Part shown: positions 1 through 9,648 of the stretch, piece by piece
How positions within the stretch are numbered: the stretch's first letter is position 1
How the letters are laid out: every line of letters begins with the position of its first letter
IMG/VR virus record: IMGVR_UViG_3300022752_003639
Location: 32,001 to 96,000 of that record
Strand: one strand, 5' to 3'
Length of the DNA: 64,000 bases
Origin: a virus
The notes under the pieces: generated by a model
What the model was told of the DNA's origin: nothing
Seen by the model: the letters and a program-made list of their open reading frames with translations, nothing else
Databases searched by the model: none
Position numbers and translations under genes: made by a program

Positions 1-276
1 GAATTATCTGTATTAAACACTAAATTAGACAAATTAGAAAAAACAACTTTAGAAAATAACTTAGAACTACAAAAACAAATATTACAAAACAAAAAATTAA
101 TTACAGAACAAGAAACACTTATCACAGCCAATAAACAGTTAGAAAAGAGAATACAGGCTCATACAGAACTTTTAAAAAGAATGTGTGAATATATTGTAGT
201 AATTACTGTAGATAAAAAAATTACTCCTAGGCAATGTTTAGCTGATTACAGTTGGAAAAGAGAGGAAGGGCTGTAG
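1..276 (+). CDS. partial hypothetical coiled-coil protein (5' truncated by window)
   Basis: Frame 1 is open from base 1 to TAG at 274-276, with Leu/Lys/Glu heptad-like composition. Confidence 0.6.
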   Translation, partial: ELSVLNTKLDKLEKTTLENNLELQKQILQNKKLITEQETLITANKQLEKRIQAHTELLKRMCEYIVVITVDKKITPRQCLADYSWKREEGL

Positions 277-371
277 TGGATACTATTGAGGTAATGATAG
301 GTAATGCGTTATTTTTTGTATTAATATTGTTAATATTTGTATTCCTTTGGAAATATAGTAAATTTAAATGA
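276..371 (+). CDS. 31-aa single-TM peptide
   Basis: Read manually: GTG start, MDTIEVMIGNALFFVLILLIFVFLWKYSKFK; start overlaps upstream stop, stop overlaps next ATG. Confidence 0.45.
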   Translation: MDTIEVMIGNALFFVLILLIFVFLWKYSKFK

Positions 372-457
372 ACACTTTAGACATCGTTATTAATATCTCA
401 ATCGTGATATTTTTTGGGTTACTAATTATTTTGACACTAATAGCAGATAGAAAATGA
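368..457 (+). CDS. 29-aa single-TM peptide
   Basis: Read manually: MNTLDIVINISIVIFFGLLIILTLIADRK; ATGA coupling at both ends. Confidence 0.5.
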   Translation: MNTLDIVINISIVIFFGLLIILTLIADRK

Positions 458-903
458 CTAATGAACAAATTAGAGAACAAGACTTGAAAAATCAAAAAGC
501 CTTGGCATTTCCACAGATTGGAGACTATTGGCACGAAATGTTCTGTCCCTACTTTGTCATAGTGAACAAGGAAGGTGATAAATTCCGTGTGCTTAGTTGC
601 TTGGGTGGGCCTAAAAGTTTTACTCGTAAAGATGAACTTAACGCACAGATCGAAGTGGATAACGGTCATTGGGGCTTTGACTACTCAAAGAGTATGCTGG
701 TGGATCACGAGTGGATTCGACGGGCCGTGACCTATGGTAGCATTGATGGCTTTGTGGCAGATGTGGTGCAGAGTGAAAAAACTGCTCGAATCGCTCAAGA
801 ATGGCGTAACTGGAAGCAGACAGAAATGCGCAAACAGATTCAAGCCTTGGAATCAGAGTGGGAACAATTTACAGGTTGGAAATATTTGAAGGAAACAGCA
901 TGA
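454..903 (+). CDS. hypothetical phage protein
   Basis: 149-aa ORF with ATGA coupling on both sides. Confidence 0.75.
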   Translation: MTNEQIREQDLKNQKALAFPQIGDYWHEMFCPYFVIVNKEGDKFRVLSCLGGPKSFTRKDELNAQIEVDNGHWGFDYSKSMLVDHEWIRRAVTYGSIDGFVADVVQSEKTARIAQEWRNWKQTEMRKQIQALESEWEQFTGWKYLKETA

Positions 904-1226
904 CCAAAATTGTTATTAATCGTTGCTTTGGTGGTTTTGGTTTGAGCGATTTAGCCATGCTTGAAATCGCTAATCGTAAAGGATGGACTCGTATTTTGAA
1001 ATCTAGACATTATTCACTTATGTCACCAGATGGAGGAGAGATTACTGATTATGATATTCCACGGGATGATCCTGATCTCGTAGTAGCTGTAGAGATGTTA
1101 AAGGAAAAATCGTTTGGAGAATTTGCTGAACTTTTGGTTGTAGAAATACCCAATGATGTAGAATGGTGTATAGAAGAATACGATGGTAGAGAATGGATAG
1201 CCGAACGTCATAGGGTATGGCCTTGA
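900..1226 (+). CDS. conserved hypothetical phage protein (KIVINRCFGGFGLS ... IEEYDGREW type)
   Basis: ATG at 900 overlaps upstream TGA; the motif is familiar from phage proteins of unknown function. Confidence 0.8.
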   Translation: MTKIVINRCFGGFGLSDLAMLEIANRKGWTRILKSRHYSLMSPDGGEITDYDIPRDDPDLVVAVEMLKEKSFGEFAELLVVEIPNDVEWCIEEYDGREWIAERHRVWP

Positions 1227-1251
1227 CTTTAAAATAAAAAATCTGTATAAT
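1223..1251 (+). promoter_or_regulatory. sigma70-type promoter
   Basis: TTGACT(1223-1228)-17 bp-TATAAT(1246-1251). Confidence 0.75.
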
Positions 1252-1284
1252 AAAATTATATTAATTTATAATTAAGGAAGTTCT

Positions 1285-3258
1285 GTGAACTTAAAAAAAC
1301 TTTTGCCTGCTTTACTTTTGTTTAATTCAGTAGCATATTCACAGGTAGAATCTTTACCAAATAGTTATAAGGTCGTAGGAATAGACACAGTCTGGCAATA
1401 TGGGTACAAAGGTTCTGGAGTAAGAGTTGCAGTTATTGATAACGGTTTTGATTTAAATCATAAAGATCTTGAAGGAAGATTTTGGAAAGCAAGCAATTTT
1501 TATGATCTTACTAGTAATGTTAAATGGGCAGGCCATGGAACTGGCATGGCTAGTATTATTGGAGCTAAGGCAGGCAATGGTGGAGTAGTAGGTGTAGCGC
1601 CAGAATCACATCTATGGTTAGCGCAAATAGGCGCTGGCCAGTACAGTCCACTTATGAGCACGGCAGCATTTAATTTAGCACTAAATTGGGCTAGCTCATG
1701 GAGTGCTTCTGTGATTAATGCTAGTCTAGGGTATGCATATGATGATAATTTTATTAAATCAGCCCGATATGATACTAAGACAAATACTTATATTGTAGAC
1801 CAATCTCTGCTAAGAACTGTAACTAAGACTGATTCATTGGCCGTGGCAACAGGCCGTAATTCTATTATTGTTATCAGCGCAGGCAACCAATCATTACCAT
1901 ATGCTAGTTTTCCTGCGCAGTTTGCTTCGAGACTAGATATCTACGGTAATCTAATCTTAGGTGGAAAAATGTTAGTGGTAGGCAGTGTTTCTGATGACGG
2001 AACAATCAGCACTTTTAGCAATAGAGCTGGCCACATTTGTTCAATGCCTGTTGCTAATACTTGCTTAGATCTTGTTAAAACTACTGATTTTTTTGTTGTA
2101 GCACCTGGAAACAAAATTCCCCAGGCACAGGCTTTAGGAAATTCTACAATTTATGGATCTGGAACCAGTGAAAGTGCAGCATTAGTCACTGGTGGTATAG
2201 CATTATTAAGGCAAGCATGGCCTCAACTACGCTCTGAACAATTAGTTAAATTAGTATTGAGTACAACTAAAGATCTCGGAGCTCCTGGCACAGATAATAT
2301 ATATGGCAGAGGTATGGTAGACTTTGCCAATGCTGCTAAATCTCAAGGTATAATAAAACTAGCCTCTGCTAATATGAAACTAGGATCCGATATACCGCAA
2401 CCTAGTAATGTTATTAATAATATTGACGGAACAAAATTATTAGGTCAGGGTAATTTTACATCATTACTGGTTTCAAGCAATATACTTAAGACTGCTCAGG
2501 TGATAGACAGCTATGATAGAAATTATACAGCAGACTTTACTCGAGCTATTGCCAAATTACCTGTTGTGTATAATCCAGATAGTCCTTGGTTATCATTTTC
2601 TAGCATGATTAAATTACCGATTGATAAAAATAAAGACTTAACCATACATAAGTCTTATAATGGATTAGCTACTGAACTGAACATTTATCAGCATAACTGG
2701 GTTTATAACCTACAGGTAGGTAATCAGCAAGATTTCAATGGCTATCTAGGTAATTCTGGATATGGATCTCTATCCTTGGGCAGTAGTTATACAAATTGGA
2801 TGATGTTAGGCATAGAAAGAAAGTTAACTGATACAACTAATCTAGTAGCAAACTATGGTCAAGGTATGACAGATATTTTGAATTCAACTTACAGCATGAT
2901 TTATACCGAACCTGGATTACGATCTGCAACATGGAGTGTCGGGCTCAAATCTAATAATATATTTTATGAGCAAGATGTTTTACAATTGAAAATAGCTAAT
3001 CCTGTGCATATCGTTAAGGGCTATGCACAGATTACGGCAGTAACAGGATATACTTATGAGGAAGATGCAGAAGGCAATTTTACAGCATCACCTGTTATTG
3101 GAAAAGAGCGCATAAATTTAGCTCAAAATAATATAAAGCCAATACTATCTTTAAGTTATAAACGATCTTTATCACATGTAAGCAATATCGGCATATCTTG
3201 GTCTGGTTCTTCAGATTCTTATAAAATGGGATTATTTTATAATTATATATTCAAATAA
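1285..3258 (+). CDS. subtilisin-like (S8) serine protease with signal peptide and C-terminal beta-rich, autotransporter-like region
   Basis: Catalytic motifs VAVIDNG, GHGT, SGTS; oxyanion SAGN; N-terminal signal peptide; aromatic-rich beta-strand C-terminus. Confidence 0.88.
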   Translation: MNLKKLLPALLLFNSVAYSQVESLPNSYKVVGIDTVWQYGYKGSGVRVAVIDNGFDLNHKDLEGRFWKASNFYDLTSNVKWAGHGTGMASIIGAKAGNGGVVGVAPESHLWLAQIGAGQYSPLMSTAAFNLALNWASSWSASVINASLGYAYDDNFIKSARYDTKTNTYIVDQSLLRTVTKTDSLAVATGRNSIIVISAGNQSLPYASFPAQFASRLDIYGNLILGGKMLVVGSVSDDGTISTFSNRAGHICSMPVANTCLDLVKTTDFFVVAPGNKIPQAQALGNSTIYGSGTSESAALVTGGIALLRQAWPQLRSEQLVKLVLSTTKDLGAPGTDNIYGRGMVDFANAAKSQGIIKLASANMKLGSDIPQPSNVINNIDGTKLLGQGNFTSLLVSSNILKTAQVIDSYDRNYTADFTRAIAKLPVVYNPDSPWLSFSSMIKLPIDKNKDLTIHKSYNGLATELNIYQHNWVYNLQVGNQQDFNGYLGNSGYGSLSLGSSYTNWMMLGIERKLTDTTNLVANYGQGMTDILNSTYSMIYTEPGLRSATWSVGLKSNNIFYEQDVLQLKIANPVHIVKGYAQITAVTGYTYEEDAEGNFTASPVIGKERINLAQNNIKPILSLSYKRSLSHVSNIGISWSGSSDSYKMGLFYNYIFK

Positions 3259-3279
3259 TTATAATCTTTTAAATACAAT

Positions 3280-3504
3280 ATGCGCATATTACCTATCAGC
3301 CATTACTATCCTAGTCTAATACATAGGTATGATTACATGGTTTTTAGTCAAGACACACTGGTAAACGATATAGGATCTGCTCCATTGAATAAAAGTTACA
3401 CTGATATAAATGCACCTGTTCACGTACCTATTCAGGTACATCCAGCAGCAATTATAACTCTCAGTGCTGATGCTCTTTTTTTATTAACCAAACCGATAGA
3501 ATGA
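3280..3504 (+). CDS. hypothetical protein
   Basis: 74-aa ORF preceded by TAAATA at 3270-3275. Confidence 0.5.
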   Translation: MRILPISHYYPSLIHRYDYMVFSQDTLVNDIGSAPLNKSYTDINAPVHVPIQVHPAAIITLSADALFLLTKPIE

Positions 3505-3671
3505 AACAAGATAATCAAGTTTTTACAACAGATCCAAGAATAACCCAATCTAAGTTGTTTAGTACGGAGACTTTACCAAAAATTTATTACGATCTTAAAG
3601 CTCAAGACAAAAAGAAAAGAAAGGTATTAGCCGATGAGCAATCAATTAGACAAAATCAAGAACAGTATTAG
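3501..3671 (+). CDS. hypothetical 56-aa protein
   Basis: Read manually; ATGA coupling to upstream stop, 38-nt overlap with next gene. Confidence 0.35.
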   Translation: MKQDNQVFTTDPRITQSKLFSTETLPKIYYDLKAQDKKKRKVLADEQSIRQNQEQY

Positions 3672-3921
3672 ACGTCAAAAAGATGAAAATGCTGTGGCTA
3701 AACAGGTTAAGATAGCCAAAGCATATAATATTCCTGTAGAAGAACCTCACAAGTTAGCAAAACATCATGCCACCAACTGCGGTAACCCTAAATGTCATAT
3801 GTGTGCTAACCCAAGGAAAATATTTAAAGAACCTACTGCACAAGAACGCAGACTATTTCAAGACGCAGATACTCCAAACGATAGGCACAGCAATGGACTC
3901 AAACCCAGGGATGAAGTTTAG
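3634..3921 (+). CDS. hypothetical basic protein with His/Cys cluster (possible Zn site)
   Basis: HKLAKHHATNCGNPKCHMCANPRK. Confidence 0.7.
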   Translation: MSNQLDKIKNSIRRQKDENAVAKQVKIAKAYNIPVEEPHKLAKHHATNCGNPKCHMCANPRKIFKEPTAQERRLFQDADTPNDRHSNGLKPRDEV

Positions 3922-4117
3922 ACCTCAACAGCTTCATAGAAAATTTAGTATTAAGCATAGTAACTGGCAACCTAGATCTAAATGGTCGCCCAAAGACTAT
4001 TTACTTCATGTGTTTAGTATGTTACACTATAAAAGTAGACATGCTCCTAGGCCTATACAGATAAAATGGCGTAAGGCTTCTACTAGATTTGAACGTCAAC
4101 ATCACAAAATTATCTAA
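3911..4117 (+). CDS. hypothetical basic protein
   Basis: ATG at 3911 within the 3767..4117 frame; fills the gap between neighbours. Confidence 0.45.
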   Translation: MKFRPQQLHRKFSIKHSNWQPRSKWSPKDYLLHVFSMLHYKSRHAPRPIQIKWRKASTRFERQHHKII

Positions 4118-4135
4118 ACTACACAAAGGAATCTT

Positions 4136-4666
4136 ATGAACATTAAAGACTATTTAGAAGTGGTTAACTATCGTATCACAGAAGGTGACACATTTGGTTG
4201 GACCTGCTTTGGTGAGCATGCCTACAACCTCAGCGCATGGAATGGAGATCACGATGGTTGGAGTTTTAACATGGTGTTCGATACTCGTGACCAAACTGTT
4301 TATTCAGTAGAAGCCTGTGACTATAAGCGTAAACGTGCATATCGTTATCTCAATCCAGATCATCGTGAAACCTATATTACCTATGGTAAGACCAAACATG
4401 CAGACTACTACAATCAAGCCTGGGACAATGTTGACTTTACAGACCTAGAAGTTGAAGAAGATTGGATTGAAAAGGCCCGTAGCATTGTTGCTGACAAGGA
4501 ATACAGCACTGATGTCATTCTTCCGTTAGAGTTAGATGATGATGAACTATTCGCTCTGATGAAAATGGCTCACGAACGAGACATTACCTTTAATCAACTT
4601 TGCCGTGAGGCCATACAGGCTGCTATAGATCGTGAAAAAAAGACTGCTGGCAAACTCGAGGTTTAA
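4136..4666 (+). CDS. hypothetical protein, possible C-terminal ribbon-helix-helix
   Basis: AAGGA SD; C-terminus LFALMKMAHERDITFNQLCREAI resembles RHH helices. Confidence 0.75.
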   Translation: MNIKDYLEVVNYRITEGDTFGWTCFGEHAYNLSAWNGDHDGWSFNMVFDTRDQTVYSVEACDYKRKRAYRYLNPDHRETYITYGKTKHADYYNQAWDNVDFTDLEVEEDWIEKARSIVADKEYSTDVILPLELDDDELFALMKMAHERDITFNQLCREAIQAAIDREKKTAGKLEV

Positions 4667-4967
4667 ACCAGTGACACTTGCAGACGAACGTTATCGCAGT
4701 CTCGTTGAAACTAAGAAGTTTCTTATGACACTTCTTAGTCCACATGCAACTCCAAAAGTTCCACGAGTGATCCGTGAACGTGCTCGTTCGTTATTGAGAC
4801 ACTGGCCCGATAACTACCATTTAGAAAAGATGACCATAGACATGCCTCATGACTTTGCCAAAGAAATGGAGCCACTATATCGCATGGTCAAACAGCGTGA
4901 ACAAGAACTTAATGAAGAAGTAACACAACCTAAAGACCCTCACAACCAAGAAAATTTAAACTGGTAA
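4632..4967 (+). CDS. hypothetical phage protein
   Basis: 111-aa ORF; TPKVPRVIRERARSLLRHWP motif. Confidence 0.7.
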   Translation: MKKRLLANSRFKPVTLADERYRSLVETKKFLMTLLSPHATPKVPRVIRERARSLLRHWPDNYHLEKMTIDMPHDFAKEMEPLYRMVKQREQELNEEVTQPKDPHNQENLNW

Positions 4968-4970
4968 TTT

Positions 4971-5318
4971 ATGACAACTAATGCTTTTATCTTTGCCTGG
5001 GATGAATTCGGTATTGAAAGCATTGTGCCCATTACCGAATACGAACACTGGGACAAGCAGCAACTAATGGAAATGTTGAAAGATAAACCTAGACGGCGTA
5101 ATCCATTAGACCTCATAGTTCGCAATCTCATACTTCGTGCTCAGGTCAACGCCCAACGGCATTATGAAATATATGCCATAGACTGTGAAAAGGAAATGGA
5201 TGAAAAATTCTGGCGTAGATCTTGGGCAGAAGATCCGCAGGCCATGGCAGACATTATTAGAGAACGTGGACACAAACTCTTTTCAGCAAGACGCACTCAA
5301 CAACCATTAATAACATAA
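4971..5318 (+). CDS. hypothetical phage protein
   Basis: 115-aa ORF in a tight operon. Confidence 0.75.
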   Translation: MTTNAFIFAWDEFGIESIVPITEYEHWDKQQLMEMLKDKPRRRNPLDLIVRNLILRAQVNAQRHYEIYAIDCEKEMDEKFWRRSWAEDPQAMADIIRERGHKLFSARRTQQPLIT

Positions 5319-5327
5319 GGATAAAAA

Positions 5328-5912
5328 ATGCTAGTACCTATGGTAATTGAACGGACCAGTCAAGGTGAACGTGCCTTTGACATTTACAGTAGACTTTTAA
5401 ACGAACGTATTGTTTTTCTAAATGGTCCAGTAGACGACAATGTAAGTAATTTAATCATCGCTCAAATTCTACACTTAGAAAGTCAAGACTCTGACAAAGA
5501 TATTAATTTTTATATCAATAGCCCAGGCGGTATAATTACAGCAGGCATGGCTATCTATGATGTCATGCAGTTTGTTAAACCAGACATTGCCACATATGTT
5601 TTAGGGCAAGCCTGTTCTATGGGGTCATTTTTAGCACAGGCAGGCACTGCGGGTAAACGCTATATGTTGCCCCATGCACGCCATATGATTCACCAGCCCA
5701 GTGGAGGTGCTAGAGGTATGGCATCAGATATTGAAATTTCCTATAAAGAAATTATGGCCATGAAACATATGTTAACCAACCTGTATGTGAAACATAATAC
5801 CGCAGGTAAGACCTATGAAGACTTTGAGCGTGACATGGATCGCGATAAGTTTATGAGTGCAGAAGAAGCATTTGTTTATGGACTATGTGATAGGATCGTA
5901 GCCTCCAGATAA
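5328..5912 (+). CDS. clpP: ATP-dependent Clp protease proteolytic subunit
   Basis: [29 protein letters not shown] (catalytic Ser), MIHQP (His), RDMDRD. Confidence 0.96.
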   Translation: MLVPMVIERTSQGERAFDIYSRLLNERIVFLNGPVDDNVSNLIIAQILHLESQDSDKDINFYINSPGGIITAGMAIYDVMQFVKPDIATYVLGQACSMGSFLAQAGTAGKRYMLPHARHMIHQPSGGARGMASDIEISYKEIMAMKHMLTNLYVKHNTAGKTYEDFERDMDRDKFMSAEEAFVYGLCDRIVASR

Positions 5913-5950
5913 ACTTACAAGAAAATTCTCCTCTAAGAGTAATTAAATAA

Positions 5951-6319
5951 TTGTGCTTATGGGAGAACATCATGGTCAACTTTATTTTGAATAGGCACAT
6001 AGAAAAACTACAACAATTTAATAGACAAAGAGGAGTATGGATTAGATTAAGTATATTAGTTGTTATAATTGTAAGTATAATATTGCTAGACTATTTTTTA
6101 AAAGATACTAGTCATTTTCATTACTTTTTAATAAGTTCGGGATTTATCATAGCAGTGATTTGGTGGTATTGGACAATGCAAGTTGTTAAAGAAATTATTA
6201 ACCATAAATATTACGAGACTGAATTACTTAAGATGCTAATTGCTGATATTAGAGATATTAAAAAATCAGTTCATCAAAACATGAGTATTGACAAACATAT
6301 AAAAGATACATATAATTAG
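5951..6319 (+). CDS. two-TM membrane protein
   Basis: Two hydrophobic segments; TAAATA at 5944-5949. Confidence 0.6.
   Translation: MCLWENIMVNFILNRHIEKLQQFNRQRGVWIRLSILVVIIVSIILLDYFLKDTSHFHYFLISSGFIIAVIWWYWTMQVVKEIINHKYYETELLKMLIADIRDIKKSVHQNMSIDKHIKDTYN
6288..6316 (+). promoter_or_regulatory. consensus sigma70 promoter for queD
   Basis: TTGACA(6288-6293)-17 bp-TATAAT(6311-6316), perfect consensus. Confidence 0.85.
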
Positions 6320-6324
6320 TACTC

Positions 6325-6399
6325 AGTGGACTTAGACATTCACCCCACTTTAAATATTCTGCATGTCATCAAACTTACTCAAGGAGGCAAGAGATGACA
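6325..6399 (+). promoter_or_regulatory. candidate preQ1-I-like riboswitch (pseudoknot plus alternative SD/AUG-sequestering hairpin)
   Basis: P1 AGTGG(6325-29)/CCACT(6345-49); P2 GACAT(6335-39)/ATGTC(6363-67); alternative stem TGTCATC(6364-70)/GATGACA(6393-99) covers the AUG; lies between the promoter and queD. Confidence 0.55.
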
Positions 6400-6957
6400 A
6401 GATCATCAACATTAGAACTAAAACAAAATTCTGAAACAAGCTTTTCAACATATTATCCTGTAACATACAAATATACCAGTACAAAAGAATATCATGACGC
6501 ATTTCCTTGTGCATATCGTCAATGGCGAGCTGACAGCCATTGTAATATGATACACGGTTATTCATTTTCTATGAAATTCTATTTTGGAACTAATGATTTA
6601 GATGTAAGGAACTGGGCTGCTGATTATGGCGGATTAAAAGAATTAAAAAAATTTTTAGAAGATAAATTCGATCATACATTACTGGTGGCACAAGATGATC
6701 CGGAATTTCAAACATTTAAATTACTTCAGGAGAAAAAATTAGCGAAACTTACAATATTACCTAAATTAGGTTGCGAAAGTCTAGCAGACATGCTTTACAA
6801 GTATGTCAACGCTGTTTATATTCCTGATATGTGGGGTCCAGGCGAAGCAGACAGACTATGGTGTTATCGTGTGGAAGTAAGAGAAACTCAGGCTAACATG
6901 GCTTTTAGAGAAGGTCATAGAGAATGGAATGAGGATTTATTTGCAGGCTTTGAATGA
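6394..6957 (+). CDS. queD: 6-carboxy-5,6,7,8-tetrahydropterin synthase (QueD/PTPS)
   Basis: CAYRQWRADSHCNMIHGY, DYGGLKELK, FDHT, EVRET motifs; AAGGAGG SD. Confidence 0.88.
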   Translation: MTRSSTLELKQNSETSFSTYYPVTYKYTSTKEYHDAFPCAYRQWRADSHCNMIHGYSFSMKFYFGTNDLDVRNWAADYGGLKELKKFLEDKFDHTLLVAQDDPEFQTFKLLQEKKLAKLTILPKLGCESLADMLYKYVNAVYIPDMWGPGEADRLWCYRVEVRETQANMAFREGHREWNEDLFAGFE

Positions 6958-7133
6958 AGGATTTTATTTTCTCATTAATAGGTGCAGTAATACTCGTAAT
7001 CCTTGGATGTGTTATAGGATTTTGGCTGAATATTGTAATTACACCAGATCTGCCTAATGGTTTTTACGAGTGCAGAGATTGCAGTGATAAATCATGGGCA
7101 GATACAGAACGTTGGTGGCGTAAAACAAAATAA
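6954..7133 (+). CDS. 59-aa membrane-anchored protein with CxxC
   Basis: Read manually: N-terminal TM, ECRDC; ATGA coupling with the queD stop. Confidence 0.6.
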   Translation: MKDFIFSLIGAVILVILGCVIGFWLNIVITPDLPNGFYECRDCSDKSWADTERWWRKTK

Positions 7134-7143
7134 TTAGGCAAAT

Positions 7144-8325
7144 ATGAAAAATGTAGCAGTAATTGGAGCAGGAATAGCAGGAATAACCGCTGCTTATTAT
7201 TTGACACAAGCAGGTTACAATGTTAAAGTTTATGAAAAAGAATCTTATCCTGCTATGGAATGTAGTTATGCAAATGGCGGGCAAATCTCTGTAAGTAATA
7301 GCCAAACATGGAATACTTGGTCAAATGTCTATAAGGGTATTAAATGGTTGGCTCGTAAAGATGCTCCGCTTTTATTAAGACCTAGTTTAGATTGGGATAA
7401 AGCCAAATGGCTAGCTAAGTTTTTATATCATACAGCAAATAATGAATTCGCTAGAAATACAATTAAAACAATTACACTAGGATTAGAATCACGTAAATTG
7501 TATAGTGAGATCGAAAAAGAAGAAAATATAAAATATGATCGGTTGAACAAGGGTATTTTACATATCTATAAAAATGCAAATTATTTCAATGAAGCCATGA
7601 TGTTACAAGAACTTTATGCCCACAATGGGTGCGAATGGCAAATTATTAACGATTATAGTAAATTACTTAAAATTGAACCCGCACTTGAAAAATTTGATAA
7701 CCTAGTTGGAGGTATATATACGCCTAGCGATTATACCGGAGATATTCATAAATTTTGTTTCGAATTATACAAAAAATTAGAAGAAAAATATGATGTTAAA
7801 TTTTTCTTTAATACTGAAATACTATCTATTGAAAAATTATTAGATTACGATCATATCATCATAGCCAACGGCAGTCATGCTAGACATACCAGTAAAATGC
7901 TAGGTGATAATTTACCTATCTATCCAGTAAAAGGCTATAGTATAACAATTAAGTTAGATACTTTGAGCTCATCAGAATCTGCTCCATTCGTAAGCCTTTT
8001 AGACGACGAATCTAAAATAGTAACCAGCAGACTGGGTAATCATCTCAGGGTAGCGGGTACAGCAGAAATAATAGGTGATAATTGGGACATAAGGCAAGAT
8101 AGAATCAATCCACTATTGAAATGGGTTAACAATAATTTTCCTGATATTTCAACAAGATATTACAAACCTTGGGCTTGTCTTAGACCCATGACCCCTAACA
8201 TGCTGCCTATTGTAAAACAAGGTAAAAATCCTAAGATATTTTATCATGTAGGCCATGGCCATTTAGGATGGACATTAGCCAGTGCTACTGCTAAAGAATT
8301 AGTAAGAATTGTTAAAGGAACATAA
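7144..8325 (+). CDS. FAD-dependent D-amino acid dehydrogenase (DadA-like)
   Basis: GAGIAG Rossmann motif, [40 protein letters not shown]. Confidence 0.88.
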   Translation: MKNVAVIGAGIAGITAAYYLTQAGYNVKVYEKESYPAMECSYANGGQISVSNSQTWNTWSNVYKGIKWLARKDAPLLLRPSLDWDKAKWLAKFLYHTANNEFARNTIKTITLGLESRKLYSEIEKEENIKYDRLNKGILHIYKNANYFNEAMMLQELYAHNGCEWQIINDYSKLLKIEPALEKFDNLVGGIYTPSDYTGDIHKFCFELYKKLEEKYDVKFFFNTEILSIEKLLDYDHIIIANGSHARHTSKMLGDNLPIYPVKGYSITIKLDTLSSSESAPFVSLLDDESKIVTSRLGNHLRVAGTAEIIGDNWDIRQDRINPLLKWVNNNFPDISTRYYKPWACLRPMTPNMLPIVKQGKNPKIFYHVGHGHLGWTLASATAKELVRIVKGT

Positions 8326-9257
8326 TGAAAAAAATATTAGTAACAGGTGGAGCAGGTTTTTTAGGTAGCCATTTATGTGAATATCTTTTAAAAAAAGGTA
8401 ATCACGTATTGTGTGTAGATAATTATTTTACTGGAAGTATACAAAATATCCAGCACTTATTACCTAATCCCTATTTTGAATTTTTAAGACAAGATATCTG
8501 TTTTCCATTGTATGTAGAAGTAGATGAAATCTATAACTTGGCCTGCCCTGCTAGTCCTAAGTATTATCAGCTAGATCCTATACAGACCATGAAGACCAGC
8601 ATATTAGGTGCTTACAATATGTTGGGATTGGCCAAACGCACAGGTGCGAAAATTTTACAAGCCAGTACTAGTGAAGTCTATGGTGATCCTCAAATTCACC
8701 CACAGACAGAAGATTATTGGGGCAATGTTAACCCTATTGGGACTCGTGCTTGTTATGATGAAGGCAAACGTTCAGCAGAAACTCTGTTTATGGACTATAG
8801 ACGCAAACATCACGTGGATACAAAAATTGTTAGAATTTTTAATACATACGGACCAAGAGTTGGTATTGACGACGGCCGTGTGATCAGTAATTTCATAGTA
8901 CAAGCGTTAAGAGGAGAAGATATTACCATATATGGTAACGGTAACCAGACCAGGAGCTTTTGTTATGTAGATGATCTAATACGTGGCATGGTATCTATGA
9001 TGGACACCGATTTTTATACCTGCGGGCCGATAAATTTAGGTAACCCCGGTGAATTTACAATACTGGAATTAGCCAAGATTATTTTAGAAAAGACTCATAG
9101 TGTAAGCAAAATAGTATATAAAAAACTACCGGATGACGATCCATTGCAACGTAGACCAAATATAGACATGGCCAAAAAGATATTAAAATGGGAACCTAGT
9201 ATTGATTTAGGTACAGGATTATCATATACCATTGACTATTTTAAATATAGACTGTAA
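8325..9257 (+). CDS. UDP-glucuronate decarboxylase (UDP-xylose synthase-like extended SDR)
   Basis: [51 protein letters not shown]. Confidence 0.9.
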   Translation: MKKILVTGGAGFLGSHLCEYLLKKGNHVLCVDNYFTGSIQNIQHLLPNPYFEFLRQDICFPLYVEVDEIYNLACPASPKYYQLDPIQTMKTSILGAYNMLGLAKRTGAKILQASTSEVYGDPQIHPQTEDYWGNVNPIGTRACYDEGKRSAETLFMDYRRKHHVDTKIVRIFNTYGPRVGIDDGRVISNFIVQALRGEDITIYGNGNQTRSFCYVDDLIRGMVSMMDTDFYTCGPINLGNPGEFTILELAKIILEKTHSVSKIVYKKLPDDDPLQRRPNIDMAKKILKWEPSIDLGTGLSYTIDYFKYRL

Positions 9258-9260
9258 AAT
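9232..9260 (+). promoter_or_regulatory. sigma70-type promoter
   Basis: TTGACT(9232-9237)-17 bp-TAAAAT(9255-9260). Confidence 0.6.
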
Positions 9261-9280
9261 AGACTTATAGATGAGAAAAT

Positions 9281-9469
9281 ATGAATAATTTAAATTATAA
9301 ATGGACATTGGAAGTACAAGAAGACCCTCAAACAGGTGATGCTATGATTCAATTTCCTCCAGATTTTTTAGCTAAAACTGGGTGGAATGAGGGAGACACC
9401 ATAAAATGGCAGGATAACGGAGATGGTTCTTGGACATTGGAAAAAAGTATCAGCACAAAATCAGAGTGA
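9281..9469 (+). CDS. AbrB/MazE-like small DNA-binding protein
   Basis: GDAMIQFPPDFLAKTGWNEGDTIKW matches the AbrB-fold pattern. Confidence 0.7.
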   Translation: MNNLNYKWTLEVQEDPQTGDAMIQFPPDFLAKTGWNEGDTIKWQDNGDGSWTLEKSISTKSE

Positions 9470-9648
9470 ACTGGTCCGACGATCAGGGAAATATCTGGTG
9501 GAATGAAACCTGTGCCATGGTCCTTGAAGTATTCGGACTACCCGGCGATAAGTTCATTTATAAGCCAGAGTATGATTACATGCTATTTGAGTTCGAAGAT
9601 GAGCATGATGCCTTCATGTGTAAACTATTACTAAGTGATAGAATTTGA
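9430..9648 (+). CDS. hypothetical phage protein
   Basis: 72-aa ORF; VLEVFGLPG and FEFEDEHDA motifs; start uncertain. Confidence 0.65.
   Translation: MDIGKKYQHKIRVNWSDDQGNIWWNETCAMVLEVFGLPGDKFIYKPEYDYMLFEFEDEHDAFMCKLLLSDRI

Noticed and set aside
3504-7144. tRNA or other structured RNA genes in apparent intergenic gaps
   Set aside because: The gaps are filled by small coupled ORFs, and no cloverleaf or T-loop GTTCRA with a CCA end was recognised. A tRNAscan-SE/Aragorn run would confirm.
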